A DNA stretch of 64,000 nt from Azolla caroliniana. Lineage: Eukaryota > Plantae > Polypodiophyta. A program made the position numbers and the translations under genes. The notes beneath the pieces are model-generated. The model saw only the letters and a program-made list of their open reading frames with translations. It did no database searches and was not told the origin of the DNA. This document shows positions 1 to 11,522 of this stretch, in pieces. The DNA lies in assembly GCA_043228905.1 (NCBI GenBank), contig JBHGNT010000017.1, forward strand, positions 6,386,001 to 6,450,000, given 5' to 3'. Position 1 is the first letter of the stretch; each line of letters starts with the position of its first letter.

Positions 1-175
1 CCTCTTCAAACACTTCTCTCTATGATGCATCGCCTTCTTTCGTTCTAATGATCGTGCGTCACGATGCTCATGTAGTAACTTCTTACTCATATCCTTTTCC
101 ATTGATGTCTTTGCACCTTTAGCCAAACTTTTAAGATTTGCACAAATGGAGCAATACCCCATGCATACTTTACAC
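1..175 (-). pseudogene. Fragment of Sola/DUF7869-like DDE transposase (element copy 1), running off the window start
   Basis: Manual minus-strand translation KVCMGYCSICANLKSLAKGAKTSMEKDMSKKLLHEHRDARSLERKKAMHHREKC aligns with RKVRIGVCSICTSLKSMAKSG...LLREHRESWSLERSKATHHRQK in ORF 33077..33598. Cut at 176 by an LTR-like insertion. Confidence 0.8.
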
Positions 176-730
176 TGTCATGGAGAAAACCGCACCTAGG
201 AGGAATAAAGGGGAGGAGGTGTGACCCAATCCTTTTTGTGTGTGTGTGTGTTTATGAATTGTACATAGCTAGGAATAGATCGGTTGATGTACATATGTAC
301 TAGGAAGTGTATTAATTGTCTAGGGAATCGATGCATATCTCTGTCCAAAAGGACAGAGAATAAAGTTGATGTGTTTTGATGTAACGGCCTCCTCGTCGAC
401 CTATAAAAGGGAGGGGAGAAGAAGAAGATAGGTATCGCGTTTTGGCGAGGACGAAGTGTTGTCGGACTAGGGACCGAGCTCTCTCATCCTCAACCGTTGC
501 TCTCCACTACGTTTCTGTGTTGGTTGCCTCTACTGCGTGTACGCCCCTGTGCTTCCAGCAGAGGCTCCACCGTGCGTTCTCTATGTCGTCCGTGTGTGTG
601 CGTGGGACCTCCGTTTTGGGTCTGTTGCCGGTTTCCCGGTTGTAATCGTTGTTGACATTGTAATTGAATCTTCTGTTCCCGTCTCTCTCCTTGTGTTTCT
701 GTGAATTGCTCTCCCTCTTCTTTCTCTCGT
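176..730 (+). mobile_element. LTR-like fragment inserted into the transposase; 3' end not found
   Basis: Begins TGTCA exactly where transposase homology stops. CTATAAAAGG TATA-like box near 401, then TTGTAA and a CT-rich tract, as in plant LTRs. No closing CA or TSD identified, so the right boundary is approximate. Confidence 0.5.
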
Positions 731-768
731 TGTATCGAGTTCCTGTTTAAAGTTTGTGTTTTGTACAT

Positions 769-793
769 GAACTCGATATGGCGTATCGAGTAC
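769..793. other. Imperfect palindrome GAACTCGATA-TGGCG-TATCGAGTAC in the intergenic region of element copy 1
   Basis: Read directly. An extra half-site TGTATCGAGTTCC lies at 731-743. Related to the perfect palindrome at 31903-31929. Confidence 0.75.
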
Positions 794-1320
794 CTATATA
801 AAACCCTCTTTTTAAAAAGGAATATTGGGGTCTTTGGGGGAACTTATTGATGTATGTGTGAAAAGATACCAATTTTATGTCCAATTCAGACTTTTTAGTG
901 ACATTTGCTACATTTTGTAACATTTAGCGCCCTTATTGAAACAGGTTTTATGTCTTATAATAGCTTAAAATAATAGAAAATAACACACGAATTACCTTTA
1001 TGATACCAAATTCAAACCTATCATATTAAAATTCTCAACAATATGGGATATGGAATCAATATAAACCATACCTACCCTCCAATATGATACATATCCTTGT
1101 AAAATTATTAAGATATATAATATTCGAAGTTGAATAGCCCTTACTAAATTTAAATTCACAATAAAGGTCTATCATGTTCACAGAAACTATGATTGATATT
1201 TAGAGTTTAGCACAAATCGCTTGCTAGTTTTGGTCTTGGTCTGCTTATGTATATTTTAATAGGTAACCTTAATCTAGGGAACCAACTAACTTATATTTTC
1301 GCATGTCTTTTCTTAAATAG

Positions 1321-4032
1321 GTCATTTGAGAGCTTGTCAAACCGACCTGTGAAGAAAATCAAGCTCGGAATTCAGGGCTCTCCAATTGAGACCCAGAAAC
1401 AAATAGTTTCTGAGAACATGAAGAGAGGAAAAGAACTTCTCTTCAACGAGGAGACAAAATCTCAACCATCAGATGGAATTAGCCAAAAGGAAATGTTAGC
1501 TGCTACTGGTAGTGAGGACCTTCCTGATCGTGATCTAATGGACAAGGAATGGTGTATGTAGTACGTCGACTCCAAGAAAAAAGTCGTGTTGTATACGACA
1601 AAGAAGAAGGGCGACGATCAGCTTGAAAATGACACCGCATTAATGTATGGCTGTATTTTACGATTTGACTATGAAGATTAAGATTCAGCCAACATTCTTG
1701 TAATGATAGAGTGCACGAAGGCGGTATATAAAGTGTACCTTTTTGAAGATCGACTAGTAAAGGAATCTTGTGGGCCAGAATCTTCTAAAAAAGATCTACA
1801 AAGCTCACAAAATCTTATTGTCACCTTGAGGCCTTATATACAAGGCCATGTAACTCTAAGGGAGCCTTTTTCCTCCTTGGTGAAGGCCCCCAAAAAGGGC
1901 ATCTAAAGTGCAATCAAGACCAGCAAATAAGAAGACCACTAAAATGTCGGACTCCGACTCATCAAGCTCAACCGAAGATGAGGACACTAGGGGGACGCCA
2001 GGTGCTGAGCTGACATTTGTTGTGTTGTCATCTGAGCAGAATAAAATACGGAGAGAGTTAATGCAACGCAAACTGGTGAGAAAAGGGCAATTGTTTAATT
2101 TTCCTATAACACACATCCATCGGCCCCCAATAGATGTAAAAACAGGACGAAGGCCACTTGAGATCAGAGAGCCACACCGAATGCATGTTCAAAATCTTAA
2201 GAAAAAAATGAAAATAAATCCGCATGCTACAATTGTGCCTTTCATTGTGATGGTAGATCCCGAAGAATGTTCCACAACTGAGGACTTCGATGTGAGAAAG
2301 CATGATCAATACAATTACTTTGTAATTGGTGGATCACATTTGGCTGAAGCACGTTGACAACTTGTTAGAGAGCACCCAACGACTTTCTTCTTCAAGTATG
2401 CCGAGTGCAAAATATACGTGGGCCTCACAACTGAAGAGGTAAATATTTTGGCATGGGACCACAACAACGACAACGACTATAGGCAGAAAATGTCATCTAT
2501 TGAACGGATAAGGTTCTTCCACCATGAATACCTGGACATCAAACAAAAGTTTGGTGTGAAGCTACACCCCGGCCTACGACGGCAATGCCTTCATGAGGTC
2601 GGCATTGTGGTGGATGATAATGTTAAGTCAGATGGTCTTTGGAAATATGAGTCCTGGTTTAAACTTGCCTTTAGAGATGGAGAAGTATGGGACCTACAAG
2701 ATCAAATCTTCTAAATGTGGGAGAATAAGGAGGTCAAGGGTCAACGACAAAAGAAATGTAAGGTAGACCCTCAGCTAGAATTAAATCACAAGTGGCCAAG
2801 AAAATTGACTTGACAATTGAAGAAGAGGCTGATGACATGAAGTTGTCTATGTGGAGAGCAATGCAAGGTATTAAGGACGAGCAGCTTCTTGTGTCTATTT
2901 TGTCAAGGGTTGTGGCGAAAGAATTAAGCCTTGAAGAAATGGTCACTAAGTTCAATAAGTAAGTCTTTCAAATAGTGATATTGAATTCAATATGGTGCAA
3001 TTGAAAATTCTAATCTCGTTTTCTAATTTCACAATCATAAGGTGTACATGAAGATCCAAGAATTTATGATGAAACAACTTGGATGTATAACTTGGGAACA
3101 AGTGACCGAGGATTATCCTCTAACGTCTTCATATAAGGCGTTATCCGAGTATTTTAGTGCATTCAAGGATTGGGTTAGTATTGGTGTTTTTCATTAAGTT
3201 TTCCTCATATGTAGAGGTTGTGTAATAATACTTGATGTCTTATTGCTTCTATTAAAAATTGTGTCGTGGCAAGAAACAAGAAGAAGTTAAGGATATACAC
3301 GATTTCCCGACATCCTTCCTTGCACATCTCGAGAGAGCCAAAAAAGAAAAGGATCGTCGCTTAGTCAAGGCGTACAAAATTGAGGAAGATGGCTCCTTCA
3401 AAAAATTTAGCCACAAAAAGGACATTATTGGAGATCTTTACTACAACATGATTTGTGGCGATGTCGTTGACATGATCCAAAAAGTGCCAAAGAAGGAATA
3501 TACGTTAATGATTGCTAATATTCCATACGGATTTTGAATGGCAAGGTCATCATACGACGATGAACCGTTTAGGTTCAAACAATTAGAGAAGATGGTCAAG
3601 GATTTTGTTAAGCTAACGACTGCGTCCTTGTGGAGGATAGTTGTCTTTCATAGTAGGGACCAAGGGTACTTGGTAGTTCAAGCTTTGAGATCTAGTTGCC
3701 ATGGCACCGAGAACCTTGCATGGTAAGCATTATTTATAAGTCTCATTCACTATATTGCCTTTCTTAATATTGTTCAGTCTATTCTTAACTCAATGCAATA
3801 TTTGTTATAGGATAAAAACCAATGTCAATAGAGGGCCAACCTTTCAGTTCGTAAATGACATTGAATACCTCCATTAGCCGAGGAACCGGGGGAGTGAATA
3901 GAGCTTGATGATGAGCTCATAGAAGATATTACGTTGGCTCGGCTAACAGGGGAAGACAATGCACATATAGCCGAAGAGACTTCTATAAGAGATGAAGAAG
4001 ACAATGACATTGACGATTTGATTGCTATGTAA
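1321..4032 (+). pseudogene. ParB/Srx-like domain + amino-DNA methyltransferase gene, copy 1 (spliced, decayed, SAM-binding motifs X-I-II deleted)
   Basis: YFVIGGSHLAEAR...LAWDHNNDNDYRQKMSSIERIR is ParB-like. ICGDVVDMIQKVPKKEYTLMIANIPYGF is the start of an MTase with motif IV. GT donors at 2959, 3174 and 3723 match the intron positions in copy 2. In-frame stops are present; an acidic tail ends at TAA 4030-4032. Confidence 0.75.
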
Positions 4033-4322
4033 TAGACTCTTTTGTTGACGAAATGTATTGTTTGGAATTCACATTACTAATACAAATTTTGGGTTCTACT
4101 TGGTGTATTCCATTCCATGTTATTTGCGATCAATTGTCGAGCTTGTCATTCTGTGTCTAATATATACCAATCCCTATATTATGGATCTTTGTCTTCTATT
4201 GTTAAAACTATTATGTTTCTCTTCCATTGCTGCTTAAATTGTGTAGTGTGTTGATAATGGTTCCACTAGTGTTATCCGCATGTTTTTATATGCTTGTAGT
4301 TCCACTAGCGTTATCGTTCGGA

Positions 4323-4600
4323 GTTTGACCCCGTGTGAATCACCAATGGAATAGATTAGATCAATTTTAAATACAAGTATTGAAAGTCGTAATAGGTTTG
4401 TTATTTCCATCACATTATCCTAAAGTTCACTGTCTTACATTGTCCACAATTACATACATATAGTTTAATCCCATGTGAACAAACTAAGGAATAGATTAGA
4501 TCAACTTTAAATACAAGTATTAAATACCTTAATAAGTTTGTTATTTCAATCACATTATCCTAAAGTTCACTATCCTACATTGTCCACAATTATATACATA
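4323..4600. repeat. Tandem duplication of a unit of about 140 bp
   Basis: GGAATAGATTAGATCAA...CACATTATCCTAAAGTTCACT...CATTGTCCACAATTA.ATACATA occurs twice (about 4323-4460 and 4463-4600). Confidence 0.85.
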
Positions 4601-4974
4601 CGAGCATGGGTCAAAGTATAAATTATAACTCATTTTATTAGTATGGTTACAAGTACACCTCATATTTTTGAAAAACTTACCAAAATAATATAAGTCTTTA
4701 ACTTAGTGTTTGCCATGTCACACATTAGTGAGATATTGAGCCATTGTTGAACTTTATTATGCCTACATTAAATTATCAACACATCCAAACTTATTTGAAT
4801 TTCTAATGTTCTCCACTCTGAGACCTATCATGTATTTTTATATTTGCAAATTCTAATCAAGTTATGGAACATGTGATACTAGTGCATCCAATTTTTGTAG
4901 AGAGGGTATATTTGGATATTTCAAGAAGATTCTACAAGTGGAATGTTTGATCTTTCCACTTGTGAGCGCGAACA

Positions 4975-6800
4975 TGCTGCATGTAGATCTCTTCTTCGAG
5001 GTCGCCTTGTAGGAACACCGTCTTGTCATCTAGTTGCTCTACATCGAGGTCCATGATTGCCGCTATGTTCAACACTGTCCGGATGGATGTCATCTTCACT
5101 ACCGGGGCAAAGATCTCATCGAAATACACTCTTTTCTTCTGCCAGAAGCCCTTTACCACTATCCGAGCTTTGTACCTTGATGGATTTCCGGCGTCTCCCA
5201 GTTTTAGCTTGTACACCCACTAGTTCCGAAGCGCTCTCTTTCCCTTCGGCAGCTCCGTCACTTCATGTGTTTGGGTCTCATGCAAGGAATCCATCTCATC
5301 CTTCATGGCACTTAACCACTTGCGGCTGTGGGTGTCTTTCTTTGCTTCTTCAAAGCTTTCCGGCTCCCCCTCATCAGTCAACAACACATGCTCTGCATCC
5401 GGAAATCTTCTTCATTGGTCTTCGTCCACCAGTTCCTCCGTTTGTTCTTCATCCAAATCTAACTCGGGGTCTTGTCCGGATCAGGTGTCCAGATCTTCTT
5501 CTTCTTCGGTCGGTTCGGTTCCTTGTCTAAATCCTATCAGTTCATCATGATCCTCGTCTGACATCCGGCTTCCAACCGGATGTGTCCTAGCATCTTCCAA
5601 CCGAACTCTGTCGGTCGACCCAGGGTGTACTTTCTTCTTCTTCGACTCCCAATAGGCAATGGTCTTCTCTCGACTCCGGAACACCTTCTTGTTGACCAAG
5701 TTCTACACTCAATAAACGAACTCACCATCATCATATCCAAGGAATGTGCATGGTCGGGACTTCGGATCCAACTTTTCTCTCCTGTCCTTCGTAACATGCA
5801 GGTAAGGAAGATAGTCGAACACCTTCAAATGCCGGTCAGACAAGTCTTTACCGGTCCATACTTTCTACAGTGGGTCTCCTTCCAAGAGCGCTGAGGGTGA
5901 TATGTTTATCACGTACATTGCCGCCATCAGTGTCTCAGTCCATAACGTCTTGCGTAACTTGGAATGTGCTAGCATGCTCCGAACTCTCTCCATCACAGTC
6001 CCGTTTATCCTTTTATCCAATCTGTTTAGTTCCCTTTGATCGGCACAGTAAATTCGAGCCAGATTCCCTTCGACCGGTAGTACTCCTCGAACTACCCCTA
6101 GTATTCTCCTCTGTTGTCCACAGGAACCACTTTAAGCTTTTGGATGGTTTCCCTTGCCACCCTCGCGTGGAATTCCTTGAAGACGGACAACACCTGATCC
6201 TTTGTCTTCAACGGTGATACCCGTGAGAACTTCCTATTGTGGTCGTCTATGAACATCACAAAGTACTTTGATTTGGCATGGGACTTCGTGTCCACTTGGC
6301 ATACATCAGTATGCACACGTTCCAGTGGGCCATTCCATCTCATCGGTGGTCTTGACTGGAAAGAGGTTTGGTTTTGCTTGCCGACCAAGTAGTCGGTGCA
6401 CTTCTCAAGAGGCACTTCTTTCACCTCCGAATGCGATTATCTTTGGCGACTCTTCTCATCCCTTTCTGGCTCATGTGACACAACGTCTTGTGCCACCACT
6501 TACCGGCATTTTCAGATGCCACGTTCACTTCCTCCCGTTAAATCCGAGCATGCATCAAGTACAGTGTCTTGATCTTCCGGGCTCGAGCCACGATTAGGCT
6601 CCCTTTGCAAAACTTCATGATTCAGTTCCGAATGCTACCTATGTAGCCTTCATCATCTAGCCGACAGGCTGATATCAGGTTCAATCGAACCTCCAAAACG
6701 TGTTGGACATCCTTCAACAGCAACTTGCACCTTATTTACGTCATTAACCACACATCTCCTATGTCGACAATTCGACATGCACGTTCATTTCCCATCCAAA
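4975..6800 (-). mobile_element. Degenerate Ty1/copia internal fragment (protease end, GAG-pre-integrase, integrase, RT N-terminus)
   Basis: RT motif [48 protein letters not shown] and integrase motif LERVHTDVC..KYFVMFIDDH..VDNRGEY. Many stops and frameshifts; no matching LTR pair. Confidence 0.9.
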
Positions 6801-7256
6801 TAGAACCGATAAGCATATGATAAGGATAAAAGATATAAGAAATAAGAAAGGTGCGAGAGAAAGAAGAGTGTCGATCCACTCGATCACCCCCAAGCGAAGG
6901 GATCGAGACAGACTCGAGCCTCGATCGGCGTCCCATACCACCGCCATGGCGGCGAGTCGTACCTGGTGTTGGCGCACTCGCTACAAGAGTTGGCGCACCG
7001 CAAGAACAAAGAGTCGACGTAGTCAAGAGATGATGAAATGAGGGTAGTTAGGCCTCATATTTATAGAGAGACCCAAGGCCCCCAGGCAAATTCACACTTG
7101 GCCTAATGGTTTGTCTCAATCCCGAGGATTAAAAGTAATCCTCCCCTTCTTTAAACTCTCATTTAACCCTCACACTTATCCACGTGTATAGAATGCTACG
7201 GTAAATTCTTACCACGAGATATTATATGGTCATGGCCGTAACATCCTCCCCTCTTT
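6801..7256 (-). mobile_element. Truncated 3' LTR (starts TGTTACGGCC at 7243) with upstream polypurine tract, from a second LTR element
   Basis: Minus strand reads AAAGAGGGGAGGA (7256-7244) directly followed by TGTTACGGCCATGACC. CTATAAAT TATA near 7060 on the minus strand. The left boundary is approximate. Confidence 0.7.
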
Positions 7257-7578
7257 AAAACATTGCACTCTTTCAATGGAAAGTTAGGGAAGTTAGTTCT
7301 AAGAGTATTTTCGCGTTCCCATGTGGCATCTTTGATTGATTTATCCATCCATTTAATTTTAAATTCTCGTGTTATAGGTTTTAGGGTAGGGATAATGATT
7401 ACGATGATAATAGGCTAGTGATGGGGATGCAGATGGTGAAGACAAACATGGTGTAATAGTGAAGATGATGAACGACATGATGGTGAGAGAGATCATGAAG
7501 TACAAGACAAGCATTGAGGGTTGGGGGGTGGTGCCTAGAATGGCTCCACCCCCCTCCCAGGGGGGTTCAACGTAAGGG

Positions 7579-7609
<31 letters not shown>

Positions 7610-10607
7610 AGGACGAGAGAGAGAAAATGTTCCTTATATTCATTCATTCCCCATAAGGGGTTAAATAGGTACAAAGGGGTAGATACACAAGGGTGCAAGC
7701 CCCCTTGGCATTCACACCTAGTGACTCACTCACACCTCTTTGTATCAACCACACTCACACTTATCAATCACCCGTACATCTCGTACGGTAACACAATATG
7801 GCACGCCCATGGGAAAGTGCCTTGCACGTCGATCCCACACGCCTTGATCATAATCTTTCTTCGATTGGAACTTTCATTGGTCCTCTCAACGATCGACTCC
7901 CTCGATCGGAGCACTTGACTTGAACATCTCCGTCGCTCAGCGAATCTTCATCGACACGAACATTCCCATTTGTCGGTTCACGAACATTGATATCATGGGT
8001 CCAAAACCATTGTGTATGTGTATCTTCCTTTTGTTTATTTTTTGAGTTGTGTGTCGATCACGTCCATTTCTTTTAGGTGCTTTTGATTTTTAAAATTTTT
8101 ATTATATACCCTCGATTTTTGAAATTTTCATTCAGTACCCTCAGGGTTTCAATATTTGTTACATGCCCCTCTTTTTTCTTTTTCCCTCTCTTTTTGTGTT
8201 TGCTTTCTTGCTTTTTCTTCTTCCTCTCCTATTTCTTCTTATTCTTGTTTTCTATTTGCGTTTTCTCTCTCTTATCGTTGTCTGTTTCTTCTTCTTCTTT
8301 TCTGATTCTGCTTCATCTTTCTCTTCTTTTTATCTTCATCCTCTTTTCTCATTTTTCTTCCTTCTTTCATCATCATTGTCCGTTCCGATTGCTTTACGGC
8401 CGTTGTCTCGCTATTCCGGCCGCTCCATCTACGTTCATCATCATTGTCTTGTCACTTGTTCATTTTTTATGGCGTCTTTGTTCATGTTTGTCCATCCGGC
8501 CTCTCTTTTTGGCCTCTGTTTGGCCGTTTTCCGTTGTCTTCGGGTCCGTTCTGGTCATTGCTTGGTCACCATGCCGACCGTTAGCGCTCCGGTTGTCTCT
8601 CGATCTCTGCAATCGTTCCATCTTCATCACCGTTCTTCGTTCAGTCATTGGCTTTCCGGCCGTTTCTGTTGCCATTCATCCTTCACTCGAGTTTTCTAGT
8701 CTTGTCCGACGCCTTTCCATCCACCCCTGTTTCTGATTTTGTTGTCGTCTCTACCGGTTCGTCATAGTCAAACCTCATTCATCGCTTGGCCACTCTACAG
8801 ACTCTTTGGGTGCTACTCTTCGGCCACTCTTTGACTATTGTGTAGGGTTTTGGATTGCCATCCACCGCCATTGTCCAGTGTCGCGAAGTTTCGCATGTGT
8901 GTGTCGTTCGAACGGGACAATCGGGGCCTTCGACCGGGAAGACACAAGGGGTGAGGAAGTGGGAGATTATGATGTCAATGAAATGGGGAAAATATACATA
9001 AGTTTAGATATAAAATAGTCTTTAAACAACAATTAGGCTTCATACCATGACTTCGATGGGTTTTTTTTACATAGAATTGGTTTCATGATTAATAAAAACA
9101 ACTATGAATCAAAACGGGGTTTGATTTTCTTTAGAATTGCTAGGCTTGACACCACAATTTACGTGTTTTTTACAAAAATGGGTTATGAGATTATCAATGG
9201 CTAAAATAATCTAGCGAAGGCAAGTCTAGTGGGCTCCGAGCTCGACTACTTCCGACGACTATGGTACCTCGATTCAGAGTAGCCCTCGTGGCAGTAAAAC
9301 CTCCCTTCCGCAACCAGCCACCAAGTTGGCTACCACCGAGATGCCGAAGAAGCCATTGTGGAAGGAATCCAAGTCCTAAACTCTCTTGAGTAAGAAGTGG
9401 AATAGAATCTAAACTCATAAACCCTAAAAACCCAAGTTCTCTAGTATGATGAGGGGGTAGAAGAAGCTTTGAAACCCTAAGCCTAGAAGGAAAATAAGAA
9501 GGAGAAAGGGAGGCTCCAAAACCCTAACCCAAGAAGGAAAAGATGAAGAAAATGAAACCCTAGAAGACAAAATGGGTGACCCCCAAATAAGCCCTATCCC
9601 TCCTCTCTTATAGAGGAAAGAGGAGCTTATTTTAACATTACATGCTTTTATTTATTTATTTGGAGCAAAATATTCCTTGATTTGTACAAAAAGAGACTCC
9701 AACTCTACACCTCTCTACATATACTTATACATCTTAACCACTAAGCTACTATAAGTTACTTGTTATTATTATTTTTATTTATTTATTTATACATTATTTA
9801 ATGAGATGTGCATGGAACCTCGGTTTTTTTCAAGGTATCCAGGAATCTAGAGAGTGCAATTGTCATGAATGTAAATTTATCACTTGTAAATATGATAAGA
9901 AATCAAGTTCCTTTTTTGACATTTCCTTTACCTAAATGAAAGACCTTATGGCAAAGCTTATCTATGTGATGGTTACTTGATTTATAATAAAGACAGTATG
10001 GTGAAGCTTATCACTTATGTAAAATGCTAAATATTGATTTAAATAATTTGAAAATGCTTAATTAATCAAGTTAAATACTTAGAAGTGAATTTACAATACG
10101 AGAAATTATAATTTTCTTTTGTATGATTTCTCTCCATATACATATTTTATTCACTTAAATTGGGGGGATTATATTTAATGCAAAATGAGTTGCATACCAA
10201 AACTTCGTATTGTATAACATCAAACAATAAGAAGAGCCGAGAACCTTTTAGCCATGTAGAGGACCATAAGTAGATGTAGTTGTGCTAGTAGCAATATACA
10301 AATAGGAAAAGAAAAAACTCATGGTTACATATAACATTGACAAACAATGGAAGTTGAAGCATTTAACTGAAAGAAGTACTTTGCCCTAGAGGAAATTCAA
10401 TATGGGATCAACTTTTGGATAAAAATATTGCATGAAAGCTTGTAGTGATGTCAACTTATTAATGCTAGGAAAGACTATAAATGATTGTCCTAACCATGAA
10501 CATTATAGAATGTCATTTTGTTATAAAAGAGTGGATAACTTGAAATAATGTGGTATTAAATTCTGCCTAGTGGTGACTTTCATTCTTCAAAGTCGTATTT
10601 GGGATAA

Positions 10608-11470
10608 TCTCTTTATGATTGTGTCCCATTTGTAGAAAATCCCTCTACAAACATTTCAACAATATATTTGAGTGCTTTTGAGAATAGAAGTTTTATATAT
10701 TTTATTTTTTGTTACTTTTACCTCTCATTGAGGTTTCGTGCTAATAATATATGTGCATTGCCAAAAAAGACAAGTGCACGAATGATAGTATGTAATATAC
10801 TCGAATGCATTTGCAAACGTTCTTTTTCATACGTTTTCAAATGAATGCGAATGTTATAAAACATACTTATGTTTTTTTTTTTACGTTTTTTACCTTAATT
10901 TTTTACCTTAAAAAACAATTTACCTTATAATAAATAGTAAATACAAAATTATGGTATTTATCATATATCGAGGGTGTTTACCATACTCGAATGATTGAAA
11001 CATATATGTAAATGCGAATGCACGTATGGTACGTATGGTTCATACTATGATTTCAATACATAAATTATACGATATCTTAACAAGTGAGCGAGGTAAAACT
11101 TCCCACTTAACATGAACATGGAGATTCTTATATATTATGTTAATGATTCATCGAAATTCGACAAGTTTTAAACATCCGTGTTCAAACGCCCTTTTACAAT
11201 CAACAACTTAGACGGGTCATATCGTCCTTTTCCTATGACACAATAAGTCGCAATTGTATGGATCCTTTTTCTACAGTCAACTTTGAATCATAAAGGTCTT
11301 TCCATTCTCTCATTTATTCCATTCCCTCACTCACAAAATTGAGTCCTAATTGACTCATTCACTCCCCACTTTTTCGGAAAGTGGAGACTCTTTTTCCTTT
11401 TAATTCAACTCTCACCTTCCAAAAATTAAGAGGGAAAGAAGTAAAATTCTAGTAGTAATCTAGTAGTAGT
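10608..11470. repeat. GAT upstream region, duplicated at about 43001-44125
   Basis: CTCTTTATGATTGTGTCCCATTTGTAGAAAATCCC...GAAAGAAGTAA is near-identical at both places. Confidence 0.9.
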
Positions 11471-11510
11471 AGTAGTAGTAGTAGAAGAAGAAGAAGAAGA
11501 AGAAGAAGAA
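11449..11510. repeat. (TAG)n/(GAA)n microsatellite just upstream of the GAT start codon
   Basis: Read directly. An expanded version sits at 45704-45800 before copy B. Confidence 0.9.
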
Positions 11511-11522
11511 CAGAGGAGATCC

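Noticed and set aside
8077-8736. 219-aa and 178-aa hydrophobic ORFs
   Set aside because: They come from CT-rich low-complexity DNA that looks like LTR-element internal sequence and have no protein motifs.
9419-9562. Scattered AAACCCTA motifs resembling plant telomere repeats
   Set aside because: Dispersed rather than tandem, and common in plant promoters and TE sequence.
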